Positions 18,527 through 28,361 of a DNA stretch of 64,000 nt are shown here, piece by piece. The first letter of the stretch is position 1. Each line of letters starts with the position of its first letter. The DNA comes from a virus. A program made the position numbers and the translations under genes. The notes beneath the pieces were generated by a model. The model was not told the origin of the DNA. It made no database searches and worked only from the letters and a program-made list of their open reading frames with translations. The stretch is taken from the IMG/VR virus record IMGVR_UViG_3300031951_000015, positions 110,668 through 174,667 of that record; one strand, given 5' to 3'.

Positions 18527-18991
18527 TTATGAGAAAAGGTGATTATAAGTATAAACTTTGCCAGCATCAAAAGCGACAATTCCTGTTAGATTTGAACCAT
18601 CACCATAATAAGTAACAATTCCAGAAGAACCAACTGTTGCACCTGTTCCAACTGGAGTTATTTTTACATTAGCAATCGTAGAAACACCACTAGCATTTAC
18701 ACTTTGAAAACTAAAAGAATTAGTAACATTTAATTGTCCGGTGGTAATAATACCAGTAGTATTAAAGTTAGCAGAACCAGTTACACTTAATCCACCAGTA
18801 ACCGTAATGTTACCAGTTATGTTCGCGCCAGAAGAAAAGGTTGTAACACCAGCAATGGAAGTTGCTCCACCAACAACAAAGTTACCATTATTTGTCAGAG
18901 TTTTTCCAGATGGAATATTCAGACCCTGACTATAGACAGGTGCCGCAGTTCCGTCTGCACTTACAATATTATCAACTCTAAGTTCTGACAT
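18527..18991 (-). CDS. short tail-fibre/adaptor protein
   Basis: MSELRVDNI..DGTAAP; YYGDGSNLTGI. Confidence 0.7.
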   Translation of the reverse strand: MSELRVDNIVSADGTAAPVYSQGLNIPSGKTLTNNGNFVVGGATSIAGVTTFSSGANITGNITVTGGLSVTGSANFNTTGIITTGQLNVTNSFSFQSVNASGVSTIANVKITPVGTGATVGSSGIVTYYGDGSNLTGIVAFDAGKVYTYNHLFS

Positions 18992-19014
18992 CTTGTCTTA
19001 TACTTTCTAGTTAT

Positions 19015-19278
19015 TTATGAAACTGTGTGTGGTAAATTAGAAGGATTAATAATCAAATGCTTACCACTGCCTATTGTAACACTAACACCAGAACTAACAT
19101 TCATATGTGTTCTTTCAAGAGTAATAATAGAGTCTTCTGCACCAGAGTTTGATGTATTGAAGTCTATGTTTTCACTTACAATGAGTGCAGTTTTAGGTAC
19201 ATAAGTAAACTCATCAGCACCACTGACAGCAGTATTGATACCGATTTGAACTCTTGATGTATCTCTTGCTCTTGTCAT
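19015..19278 (-). CDS. small tail connector-like protein
   Basis: MTRARD N-terminus; C-terminal VSSGVSVTIGSG..LII motif. Confidence 0.6.
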   Translation of the reverse strand: MTRARDTSRVQIGINTAVSGADEFTYVPKTALIVSENIDFNTSNSGAEDSIITLERTHMNVSSGVSVTIGSGKHLIINPSNLPHTVS

Positions 19279-19295
19279 TGGGAGTTTTTAGATAT

Positions 19296-21173
19296 TTATG
19301 TTGGGTATGCAATAAGAACGATACCGGAACCACCTTTGCCACCAGACCGTAGAGCTGGTCCAGGAGCACCAGTTGCTCCACCGCCGCCAGAACCTGTGTT
19401 CTCTAATGCATTTGCACCATCTTGTCCATTAGGTCCCATACCACCATTTCCTGCTCCGGCAAAAGGACCACCAGGTCCACCACCAATACCTCCCGCGTTT
19501 GGTCCAATCCAGACACCACCACCACCACCACCAGCAAACCAATAACCACCTCCACCTGGACCAGGAGCTCCTACTGTTGATGCAGGATTTCTAAATGATG
19601 GTGGTGCTTGCAGTCCTATACCACCAAAACCTCCCGCTATTGGAGATGAAGGAGAAGGTCCTGCACCACCGACACCGCCGGCTCCACCTCCTCCACCTGC
19701 TGGATATCCAGGAGAACCACTACCACCAGAACCACCAGCGTTTCCATACTCTATTGCTCCTGGATTTGTTGCCGGTTGTGCTGCTGTCGCTGCTGTTCCG
19801 CCATCTCCCGCACCACCAGAAGAACCGCCAGTATTAGATCCTGTACCAGGCCAACCTGCTCCACCAGCACCACCACGATATGCAACATATGGTCCAGAAG
19901 GATGCGTTACTGTGGTATCAGCACCGTCAGTTCCTCTGTTGGTTGGACTAGATCCTCTTGGAGCAACACCACCGGCACCAACAGTAATCGTATAAGTTGC
20001 TGGTGATGGAAATCCTAATCCAGGATGATAAACAACACCACCTGCACCACCACCGCCACCTGATGCAAAGTTAGTTGGGTTAGTGTCCGGACCACCAGAA
20101 CCACCACCTGCTACGATGAATACTTCTGCTGTTGGGATTGCTGTTGTGGTTTGGAAAGTTCCAGAACTCGTAAAGGTATGAATGGTCTTACCATTATAAT
20201 AACTGATAGCACCACCAGTTGCTTTTGCGGTTCCAGAAGATGTAGGAAGAGCATAACGGACGATTACGATTCCCGAACCACCAGAACCACCTATCCAAGT
20301 GCCTCCACCAGGATTTCTACTAGCTCCACCTCCACCACCTCCGGTAGAATAAGTTCCAGAAATACCATTACTATTTGCAGTCGGTCCACCAGCACCTCCG
20401 CCTCCATCACCTCCTGGGGCCCCAGCACCACCAAATCTTCCACCTCCACCACCTCCAGCATACATTATTGGATTTGTGGGTCCATACGCATAAACATTTG
20501 AAGAACCATCTCCACCATATCCTTGACCATCTGTATTTCCTGTTTCTCCTGCACCACCACCGCCGCCGCCAATAGATCCTTGACCAGATCCACCACCACC
20601 ATTATTTCCTTGTCCGGGAGCGGGTGAAGGAAACAGTGGAGAGGTTGGTGAATACACATTTCCACTTCCTGCACTTCCAGATACTCCTCCTCCACCACCA
20701 GATCCTCCGGAAATTCCAGGTCGGATAGGAGCGGACGGAGGGCCAGCACCACCACCGCCGCCGCCAGCTGCTGTAAAGGAAAATAGAGAAGTATCTCCAC
20801 CATTAGATCCTTGGACTGCAACTCCTCCAGCCCCACCAGCACCAATAACTATTGGATAAGATCCAAGTGATAGTGAACTTGTAGATGTTTTAAATCCACC
20901 GGCTCCACCACCACCAGTATCATCAGCATCTGTTCCACCTCCACCACCACCTCCAGCAACAACAAGGTATTCAACAGTGCCTGATCCAGAAGTAACTGTG
21001 AGAGCTCCAGATGAAGTGAAGATATGTGCTCTATAAAATGTTCCAGAAACTTCGTAATCACTAATCACACCACCTGTTGCAGTGATAGGTCCGCCAGCAG
21101 AACCAGCAGAAATAACAGCACCAATACCAAACTGTTTTACAATCGATGCCAGAGAAGTAACGATAGGAGCCAT
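19296..21173 (-). CDS. tandem two-domain glycine-rich adhesin-like protein
   Basis: Two polyglycine domains; KATGG.ISYYNGKTIHTF junction shared with 13494..15485. Confidence 0.75.
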   Translation of the reverse strand: MAPIVTSLASIVKQFGIGAVISAGSAGGPITATGGVISDYEVSGTFYRAHIFTSSGALTVTSGSGTVEYLVVAGGGGGGGTDADDTGGGGAGGFKTSTSSLSLGSYPIVIGAGGAGGVAVQGSNGGDTSLFSFTAAGGGGGGAGPPSAPIRPGISGGSGGGGGVSGSAGSGNVYSPTSPLFPSPAPGQGNNGGGGSGQGSIGGGGGGAGETGNTDGQGYGGDGSSNVYAYGPTNPIMYAGGGGGGRFGGAGAPGGDGGGGAGGPTANSNGISGTYSTGGGGGGASRNPGGGTWIGGSGGSGIVIVRYALPTSSGTAKATGGAISYYNGKTIHTFTSSGTFQTTTAIPTAEVFIVAGGGSGGPDTNPTNFASGGGGGAGGVVYHPGLGFPSPATYTITVGAGGVAPRGSSPTNRGTDGADTTVTHPSGPYVAYRGGAGGAGWPGTGSNTGGSSGGAGDGGTAATAAQPATNPGAIEYGNAGGSGGSGSPGYPAGGGGGAGGVGGAGPSPSSPIAGGFGGIGLQAPPSFRNPASTVGAPGPGGGGYWFAGGGGGGVWIGPNAGGIGGGPGGPFAGAGNGGMGPNGQDGANALENTGSGGGGATGAPGPALRSGGKGGSGIVLIAYPT

Positions 21174-21176
21174 AAA

Positions 21177-21869
21177 TCAGTACCTTCTATATCCGCCGCT
21201 TACGTTTGAGAGTAACTTGTAGTTAAGTGTTGATGCCGCAGAACCAACAGTATTAATACCAGTAAAGTTAAAGACATCATAACCAGTGGTGCTTGCCGTT
21301 GCTACCGTTCCCGAAACATATGCAATATGAGTCTGCAATCCAGCAGTTGCATTTGCACCAAAAGCAACACCATTCAGAGTTACGTTTGTGCAACCATAAG
21401 CAGTTGCACCTTGCTGAACAATGACCGCAAATGAGATTGCACGATTATCAAAAGAACTATCAGTTGGAATACCAGTTACATTGAGTGTGATAGGTCCTGT
21501 TGGGTTTGTGCAGATCGCAACATTACCACCACCAGTATTGTAGACAAGACTTACAGTATTACCACTGACCAGAGTGGTTTTATCCGCAATAGATGAAAGT
21601 CTTGTATCAGTTAGTGTTGAAATACCAGTGTTATTAACACCAGAAACAGAAATACTTGGAGAACCAGTTAGTCCTTGTGCATTGGTTGCCAGTGTTGCTG
21701 CTGATGCAGTTCCTGTTAAGTTACCTGTGACATTGCCAGTGAGGTTTCCAGTAACATTACCACTAAAAGTTGTGGCAGTTACAACACCAGTAACAACAGC
21801 ACCGTTTGGCAAAGACGGTGCTGTTCCTGATACTCTACCAGTTATGGAATCAACACTTAATTGCGACAT
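21177..21869 (-). CDS. short tail-fibre/adaptor protein
   Basis: MSQLSVDSI..GTAP.LPNG; TNPTG.ITL.VTGIPT; FNFTGINTVG...GGYR. Confidence 0.75.
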   Translation of the reverse strand: MSQLSVDSITGRVSGTAPSLPNGAVVTGVVTATTFSGNVTGNLTGNVTGNLTGTASAATLATNAQGLTGSPSISVSGVNNTGISTLTDTRLSSIADKTTLVSGNTVSLVYNTGGGNVAICTNPTGPITLNVTGIPTDSSFDNRAISFAVIVQQGATAYGCTNVTLNGVAFGANATAGLQTHIAYVSGTVATASTTGYDVFNFTGINTVGSAASTLNYKLLSNVSGGYRRY

Positions 21870-21902
21870 CTCTTTACGCTACTTTTCAGTTATTTATGCT
21901 AT

Positions 21903-22157
21903 TCAAGTGCCAACTGATCTTTCAAATTCTGTTCCTTCCTGAACCATTCCATCACCATCGGCATCAATTGGATTTGGATTATATCCTTCGTTCTTTACAA
22001 CAGAACCACCAAACTCGTAGAGTTCAGTGGTTGCCTCACTTTTTAGTGAATAAAGTTTACGATCATCAAAGTTAGTTGACCAACGCTTATCACCTTGATA
22101 ATAAATGACCTGTTGATTTCCTTGAATACTTTGAACTTTCTTTATAAAGTATGCCAT
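21903..22157 (-). CDS. hypothetical protein with DxDxDG motif
   Basis: YY.GD.RW..F..RK.Y; DADGDGMVQEG. Confidence 0.65.
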   Translation of the reverse strand: MAYFIKKVQSIQGNQQVIYYQGDKRWSTNFDDRKLYSLKSEATTELYEFGGSVVKNEGYNPNPIDADGDGMVQEGTEFERSVGT

Positions 22158-22172
22158 CTTTACAAATGATTT

Positions 22173-22727
22173 TCAACTATTTATTGCTTGATGGTCTGGA
22201 AGTTTAGGAAGTAAATCAAACGCAATGATTGTTCTTTGTTTTCTCGATTGATTGGGATGAACGAAGTGTAAAGTATAAGAAGGAACAATAAACAGTGTTC
22301 CTTCTTTTACATCTTGTGGATGTGCAAGAGTTGTTGTATCAGTTCTCGGATCTTGCCAAGGTGCTACAAAGCAAGTAGGAGTATGATGTTTCGAATCATA
22401 CTCCACATAAAGAACACCAGAGAATCCCCAACTTTTATGGTTGTGAACTGTCTGATGATCTCCTTGTTTATATCTCACTGCCCAACAATCAGTCATACTA
22501 CAAGTTACTTGTGCTTCCTGACAGAACTCAAACAGTTGAGGTCTGATGAGGTCTTGGAAGTAATGTAGGTATGACTTTTTATTTGTTTGGCGATCAGTCT
22601 CAAAAGTTTGAAGAGTGGTTCTTACAAACTTTTGAGAGTTGATTCTGTTGAGAAGTCCACGGCGCTTAAAGTCCCAGTCGTCTATTTGGTATTGGTATGA
22701 TGGATATTCAAAGAGTGGTGCTTTCAT
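22173..22727 (-). CDS. putative 2OG-Fe(II) oxygenase
   Basis: W...Y..GDHQ.VHNH, FSGVLY, PS..LH.V.P, R..IAFD; start at ATGA overlap. Confidence 0.8.
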   Translation of the reverse strand: MKAPLFEYPSYQYQIDDWDFKRRGLLNRINSQKFVRTTLQTFETDRQTNKKSYLHYFQDLIRPQLFEFCQEAQVTCSMTDCWAVRYKQGDHQTVHNHKSWGFSGVLYVEYDSKHHTPTCFVAPWQDPRTDTTTLAHPQDVKEGTLFIVPSYTLHFVHPNQSRKQRTIIAFDLLPKLPDHQAINS

Positions 22728-23515
22728 ACTGGCAATCTCCAACCACGATGATGATCTACTTCAAATCTTGATAATCTTTGCATCTGTCTTTTACTCAATC
22801 CAAAATCTTTACAATGTTCATCAATATCATCAACTTTTACAATATTATTATCTGGCGATAAGAAATAATAAGTTTTCAATCTTGCTTTTCGGCATAACTC
22901 CCTTTGCTCATCGCTCATAATCAAGTTTGGTCTAATCGTATTTGTTATTTTAGCAGTCCAACCTTTATAATGATTTCTCTTTCCCATACAAACATAACAC
23001 ATAGTAGGGTTGTGTAAGTTATGTTCTAAACAAAAACTTTTCAAACTTTGAGTAATATATTCTTTACCATTTGGATCTGTAATCAAATATTCATAAACAA
23101 ACTTTGTTTTTCGCATCTTATCAACGTGTTCTTTTTTGGATTTCACACCACGACACCTATCACCAACAGCATTACCAACTCTTATTTTTAATCCTTCATA
23201 AAGACGTGAGTTGCAATAATATTCTTTATCACCACTTTTATGATGATTCATTTTCCAAAAAGCGTGAGTCATCTTTATTGTTTTTGGATGCTTTTCTCCA
23301 TACCTTTTGATAAATGCTTTTTCTAATAGAGAGTGAGCAATATAATGTTCTCTGGCAGTCAAATATACAATCCTTTTGTTCCCTTCTGTTGTCTGCCCAT
23401 AAAGAGATCTTGGAAAAACGTGATGTCCTTCCACATACATTTTCACATTTCTTTTGTTGTAACCTCTTTTCTCTGCGTTTCGTATAAGGTTACAGTAAGT
23501 CCTTAGGTAGTTCAT
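22724..23515 (-). mobile_element. free-standing HNH homing endonuclease
   Basis: MNY...Y..LI..A..R, EGHHVFPRS, LTAREHYIAH.LL; C-terminal FC.EH.L...HYKGW repeats. Confidence 0.88.
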
Positions 23516-23550
23516 AACTGCTCTTTGGTTGGTGACGTACTATTTATGCA

Positions 23551-23605
23551 AGAAAAGGGCACCAGAGCGCCCCATTCTACCTGAAATGTGTCACCAACCC
23601 AGGCA
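23551..23605 (-). ncRNA. putative small RNA complementary to the HNH endonuclease leader
   Basis: Late-type promoter CTAAATA (23616..23610), CCTG-GGTTGGTGACACATTT-CAGG, terminator GGGCGC/GTGCCC-TTTTCTT; GGTTGGTGAC complements GTCACCAACC at 23536..23527. Confidence 0.6.
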
Positions 23606-23617
23606 CTTATATTTAGG

Positions 23618-24346
23618 TCACCGGGCACGGTCCCAGGCGCAATGTGCCCTCTGCCCATCTTGTAACACGTAGTGAAAAAATATTTGATGGTAGTACAACT
23701 GTTCTTGATTTTTACCAAATAGTTTTTTACCTTTTCTATTAAGTCCTGGCATTGGATCACGCCAATGAGGTCTGGAACAACCTTTATAAACCATTCCATC
23801 ACCAGGTTTCAGAATCACTGAACGATTCTCACCAGGAACTAATACCTGTGTCTTCTTTTTATCTGCATAAGTATCTGGTGTTTTAATCCAGATCGGCCAG
23901 TCAGCATCTTCACCAGTTAGATTAGTGCTGATATGAACCGTTACAGAAATCTCACAAGCATCACGATCTGCGTGACGGGTAAGTTCTTGTCCTGGGAAAT
24001 AATAACGATCATAATAATAGGTATTATAAAGTTTACGTCCCAATACTTCTTCCAGTTTCATACGAATACCACAATGGATTTGGCGATATTGTGGATGCCA
24101 ATAACGAGCAAGAGAACCTTCAACTTGCATCTCAACTTCATGATGGGTGAACTGATCCATCTTTTTACCCCACCAGTTCAGTTGTCCACGCTCTTGTGGA
24201 ACTGGATGATAGAGTTCCTCAGGATTCCACAAGTCTTTAATAACTAGATATCCATTCTTTTCAAAGGATTCGTTGTGAGTCCAGGCAGTACCTGTATTCA
24301 TCCTTTCCTGCATCATCAGTTGCAGTTCTGTCATTTGTTCTGCCAT
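23618..24346 (-). CDS. 2OG-Fe(II) oxygenase-like protein
   Basis: L..H.DR..CEISVT, L.PGD..VY.GC...HWR, QIFFHYV. Confidence 0.85.
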   Translation of the reverse strand: MAEQMTELQLMMQERMNTGTAWTHNESFEKNGYLVIKDLWNPEELYHPVPQERGQLNWWGKKMDQFTHHEVEMQVEGSLARYWHPQYRQIHCGIRMKLEEVLGRKLYNTYYYDRYYFPGQELTRHADRDACEISVTVHISTNLTGEDADWPIWIKTPDTYADKKKTQVLVPGENRSVILKPGDGMVYKGCSRPHWRDPMPGLNRKGKKLFGKNQEQLYYHQIFFHYVLQDGQRAHCAWDRAR

Positions 24347-24354
24347 TTTCTACC

Positions 24355-24975
24355 TCACTTCCAGCGTTTGCCAACCGTCCATCCAACAAGGGATTTACGG
24401 GTTCCTTTCGTAACTTTAAGAACTCTGTGCTGTGTGCGAGAATCAAACAGGATTACAGTGCCACGCTTACGAGGTGCAATATAACTATTACCTGCTTCAT
24501 CAAGAAGTTGCAGGTTTCCACCTTCATAATCATCGGGGTCGCTCAACTGAACCACGAAAGAAAGTTTCCGTACAAGTTCAACATTCTCATTCAGGAAGTC
24601 TTGTGCAAGACCTTCTTGACGATTACCAACACTTACGGGTTTGTATTGAGTTGCAAGTCCTGCGTCATTATGCCAACCATAAAACTGTCCCTCTTCATAC
24701 TTTGTAAACTGCATTGATTCTCCATCAATACAGTGCAAGTCATAGAGGAAGTTCTCACGGTTTGCTCTTTGAATGTAATGCCATACGAATCCACCAACCC
24801 AATGTGTGGTAGGGATCCAAGCATTTTGTGAGTTTCGTTTATCTTTATTGAGTGCGTCTCCGTGCAGTCGGGAGTCCGCCATTTGCTCTTCGAACTTTTC
24901 TGTGAGATCTCGTTCGATAATATCTACTACGTCTTCTGGTAGATCACTGAAATACCAAATTGATTGAAATGCCAT
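24355..24975 (-). CDS. 2OG-Fe(II) oxygenase (prolyl 4-hydroxylase-like)
   Basis: QFTKY..G.FY.WH.D, RKLS..VQLS....YEGG.L, H.V..VT.G.R.SLVGW. Confidence 0.88.
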   Translation of the reverse strand: MAFQSIWYFSDLPEDVVDIIERDLTEKFEEQMADSRLHGDALNKDKRNSQNAWIPTTHWVGGFVWHYIQRANRENFLYDLHCIDGESMQFTKYEEGQFYGWHNDAGLATQYKPVSVGNRQEGLAQDFLNENVELVRKLSFVVQLSDPDDYEGGNLQLLDEAGNSYIAPRKRGTVILFDSRTQHRVLKVTKGTRKSLVGWTVGKRWK

Positions 24976-25044
24976 ATGTGAATAATGTATTCAGGTTTAT
25001 TATATATGAGATTGGTTAGAATGTCAAATTACAGATTATACTTT

Positions 25045-26022
25045 TTACTCATACGGATTTGCATAAGAAAATCTAGTATTAAATTTCGATGAATTCCAAG
25101 CATATGTTCCATTATATACTCCACGATCAGCAACCCCAACAGAAAAATTACTATTAATAGTTTGACCATAAGTATTGGTAGAATTTGCTCCCGATGTAGT
25201 AGTGGAAGCATCATTTCCTGTGCAGTTATAATTATTACAATTACTACCACCAGTATAATTACTACCATTCCAAGTTCCCAAGTGAACACAATAATAAGAA
25301 TCAGAAACTATTGCATCACTATTATCATAATGCATAGTAAATAAATCATTAGTTTGATCTCTAGCTCCTACATTTTGTATTGGATTTTGAGCGATTTTAG
25401 AACTGGCATTAACACTTCTAAAAACACAATTATAAAATCGACCCCTACTATTTGGAGCGTGAAATGCAGTCATATAATTAGTAGTTCTTGCAGTATCTCT
25501 AACTTTTTCTAATATAGCACCATAAATATCAGATCTAGTAGTAGAATCACCAGCACTGATGTGGTGATCACGACCAGCACCAGAATTTCTAGCTCTTAAG
25601 AGAGTTTGTCCTGGTGCAGCAATAACTCTAAAATAACTAGTACCATTATCAATGACACCAAGTTGACTAGTACTAGTATTCCAATCAATATAATGAAATC
25701 CTTTGATTACAATACATGAATTAGCAGCAAGTCCACTAGTGCCATCTACATTAAAAAGACTATAAAAAGTTCTTTTCGGTGCAGTAATAGAATTTCCAGA
25801 ATTAGCATCATTTCCAAATTCAGAATCAACATAAATCATAGTATACCCAGCACTAGCACTAGAACTAATCAAAGTTTGATATGCATTTGGAAAATCTGAA
25901 AGGGAAAGTGCTCCGGCGACAGGTGATGCAGCAGCAGCACTAGCCTTACCAAACCCAAAACCACCTACACCCCTTGTGATACCTGTAAAGACAGGTGATT
26001 CTTTTTTATGATGTTCAAACAT
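25045..26022 (-). CDS. fibre-tip protein, probable beta-helix (DUF1565/pectin-lyase-like start) instead of polyglycine
   Basis: PVFTG...GFGFG N-terminus as in adhesins; IYVDS..GNDANSG....P.RT motif; YNC repeats. Confidence 0.6.
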   Translation of the reverse strand: MFEHHKKESPVFTGITRGVGGFGFGKASAAAASPVAGALSLSDFPNAYQTLISSSASAGYTMIYVDSEFGNDANSGNSITAPKRTFYSLFNVDGTSGLAANSCIVIKGFHYIDWNTSTSQLGVIDNGTSYFRVIAAPGQTLLRARNSGAGRDHHISAGDSTTRSDIYGAILEKVRDTARTTNYMTAFHAPNSRGRFYNCVFRSVNASSKIAQNPIQNVGARDQTNDLFTMHYDNSDAIVSDSYYCVHLGTWNGSNYTGGSNCNNYNCTGNDASTTTSGANSTNTYGQTINSNFSVGVADRGVYNGTYAWNSSKFNTRFSYANPYE

Positions 26023-26035
26023 TATTCAACCCTCC

Positions 26036-26992
26036 TTAAGGTCTTAAACCACCATATCTAAAACTACCATTGTTCGTGGCAAGAACATTATAGTTTCCAA
26101 TTGTTCCAGTGCCACTTCCATTATAATGAATTGCAAAACTTACAATATCAATATCATTTGCAGTCGATGAAATTGTTATTGTTGATGCAGTAGCAACTCT
26201 TGCCGAAGTTGAGAATCCAGCAACATTATAAGGAGTAAGTCTAATATTAGTTCCAATACCAGTAGAACCAGTAGTATTACCAGTTCCAGTTGCGTTTTGT
26301 GTGAAGATAATCGTGAAGGTTGTTAAAGAGTTTTTTGTTGCAGGAAAGTCTCTTAATGAAACAATACCAACCTGCCCATTTGCAAGGTTATGAGTAAATA
26401 CAGTTCCGTTCTGGGCATCACATTCTAATATAATATTTGTAGTCCCAGCAATAGCAACGGTTGATGCAGTACTTACAGTTTCTACTGCACCCTTAATATC
26501 AACGGCATTACTGAACGCAAATGCATCAGAGTTGCTATTCCAAGTAAAAGTCTTATCTCCATCAGAACCACCAAAGATTGTCAGTCCAGCACCATCTGCG
26601 GTTGTATTAGATGGAGTTGACGTAGTTCCAATACCAATGTTCTTATCTTCTACTACTAAATTAACAGTATCAATTGTTGTTGTGGTTCCATTAACAGACA
26701 GATTTCCGCCAACAGTTAGATCATTAAGAGTTAATGTGCTAGTTACATTAAGATTAGAAGCAGTAATAACACCAGCAGTCGCATTAAGATTTCCAGTTAC
26801 TGTTAGGTTACCAGTGTTAGTAAAGTTTCCACTATTAGTAATATTACCAGAGTTAGTCAGGTTACCAGCATTCGTAATGCCACCGGTACTTGTAACAGAA
26901 ACAATACCCGTCACCGCAAGAGTATTAGTTTCTGGAACCGTTACAACCGATCCAGTTCTTGATTTAATATTGTCTACTCTTAATGTTGACAT
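26036..26992 (-). CDS. short tail-fibre/adaptor protein
   Basis: MSTLRVDNI; ITNSGN repeats; paralog of 6394..7299. Confidence 0.75.
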   Translation of the reverse strand: MSTLRVDNIKSRTGSVVTVPETNTLAVTGIVSVTSTGGITNAGNLTNSGNITNSGNFTNTGNLTVTGNLNATAGVITASNLNVTSTLTLNDLTVGGNLSVNGTTTTIDTVNLVVEDKNIGIGTTSTPSNTTADGAGLTIFGGSDGDKTFTWNSNSDAFAFSNAVDIKGAVETVSTASTVAIAGTTNIILECDAQNGTVFTHNLANGQVGIVSLRDFPATKNSLTTFTIIFTQNATGTGNTTGSTGIGTNIRLTPYNVAGFSTSARVATASTITISSTANDIDIVSFAIHYNGSGTGTIGNYNVLATNNGSFRYGGLRP

Positions 26993-27019
26993 CTTGAACT
27001 TTCTTTTTAGTTATTTAGA

Positions 27020-27220
27020 TTAGTTTTCTTCTATGATAAGGATGCACCCATCACCAATACTTAATATAGATCCCGTTTCAATATCAACTGTCGCATCTTC
27101 ATCGTGAAGTATAAAGGAAGTTTTATATGGAAATTCAATATCAATATTAGATTCTACCACATTTTTTTGTGTATTTCGAAAAGTATTATCAACAAAACCT
27201 AACTGAACTGGAATTGTCAT
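27020..27220 (-). CDS. small connector-like protein
   Basis: KNVVESNIDIEFP.KT...TVDIE.GS.LS.G.G, near copy of C-terminus of 27217..27660. Confidence 0.6.
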   Translation of the reverse strand: MTIPVQLGFVDNTFRNTQKNVVESNIDIEFPYKTSFILHDEDATVDIETGSILSIGDGCILIIEEN

Positions 27221-27660
27221 ACATCCACAATACTGAAGAATACTCCACTTCCAACACTTAATGTTGAACCTGATTCAATATCAACAGTTACATCTGGATC
27301 AGCATAAATCAAGGCAGTCTTGTTTGGTAGTTCAAGATCAATGTTAGAGTCTATCACATTCTTATAAGCAAATACTGTGGAATCATAAACAACTGACGCT
27401 CCACCACCACCACCAGAAATACTAATATCAACTCTGTTATTGTGAACAGTAATTGTATTTCCGGTTCCAATAAAGTTTAGCGCAGTTATAATGCCACTAT
27501 GAATTGCAGTACCACCAGAGTAAATACCAATCGCCTGAATACCACCAGTTGCAGTTACAACACCAGAAAAAGTTGCTTGAGTGCCATCTATCTGCCCATC
27601 AAAATTTAATGGACTATCAAGACCTTTTCCATCAACCTTTGTAAGTCTTTCTAATGCCAT
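27217..27660 (-). CDS. tail connector-like protein
   Basis: LTKV..G N-terminus; LNF.G.GN.I motif; GGGG linker; C-terminal connector motif. Confidence 0.65.
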   Translation of the reverse strand: MALERLTKVDGKGLDSPLNFDGQIDGTQATFSGVVTATGGIQAIGIYSGGTAIHSGIITALNFIGTGNTITVHNNRVDISISGGGGGASVVYDSTVFAYKNVIDSNIDLELPNKTALIYADPDVTVDIESGSTLSVGSGVFFSIVDV

Positions 27661-27668
27661 AATGCCTC

Positions 27669-28028
27669 CTAGAATAGACCAAGAACATTAGTTTTAACTG
27701 TGGTTCCAGCAGAAATATGTATTGTAGAACCTGCGGAAATTGTGATATTTTTTGCTCTCACAAAAGCAACATTTCCTTGTGCATCAGTTGCAGTTATAGT
27801 CTTTATACCACAACTTGCCCCACCAAGAGTGAGAGTTATTGGTGTTGCAAAAACCTGATTTAATCCACAGTCTTGTCCAACAGCATCAGCAAATCCACTT
27901 ACACCAGTTAAACTAGATCCATCGCCACTGAAAGATGTGGCGGTTATAATACCTGTGGAATTAATATTATTGACTTGATAATCTTCACCTGGTTTAATTA
28001 CACCTTGTGTAATTTTAGTGAGTGCCAT
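27669..28028 (-). CDS. tail connector-like protein
   Basis: MALTKI; GIITATSFSGDGSSLTGV; C-terminal ITISAGSTIHISAG. Confidence 0.65.
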   Translation of the reverse strand: MALTKITQGVIKPGEDYQVNNINSTGIITATSFSGDGSSLTGVSGFADAVGQDCGLNQVFATPITLTLGGASCGIKTITATDAQGNVAFVRAKNITISAGSTIHISAGTTVKTNVLGLF

Positions 28029-28029
28029 A

Positions 28030-28356
28030 TCAGGTCATCTCCAAAATAGTCAGAGCAACATCAAGACTATTATTTGTATCGCTAATAACCGTTAAGGTAT
28101 CCGTAGCTTCTAATACTACTTTATTTCCTTGCATAAACTCCAAAGAAGATCCTTGTGGAATCGGAACATTTTTAAGAAGTTTAATACTTTCTTGACTGAC
28201 TCTGCTGACTCCTACGCCAACATTAATGCCAGACCCAGATACATTAGCAAGCGTGATTCCGATTACTGTCGTGGTAGTCGCCGCAGGAACAGTATAAACC
28301 GAAACCGTAGTGACTCCTACGTTTGCCTTCGTTTTGAGTTTAAAAGTATTAGCCAT
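28030..28356 (-). CDS. small beta-sandwich tail adaptor protein
   Basis: MANTFK...YTVP..TTT.VIG..LAN...IP.GSSLE...GNKVVLE..D.L.V. Confidence 0.7.
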   Translation of the reverse strand: MANTFKLKTKANVGVTTVSVYTVPAATTTTVIGITLANVSGSGINVGVGVSRVSQESIKLLKNVPIPQGSSLEFMQGNKVVLEATDTLTVISDTNNSLDVALTILEMT

Positions 28357-28361
28357 TTATA

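Noticed and set aside
23512-23802. 96-aa minus-strand ORF
   Set aside because: Out-of-frame overlap with the oxygenase gene and crosses the promoter, small-RNA and terminator cassette.
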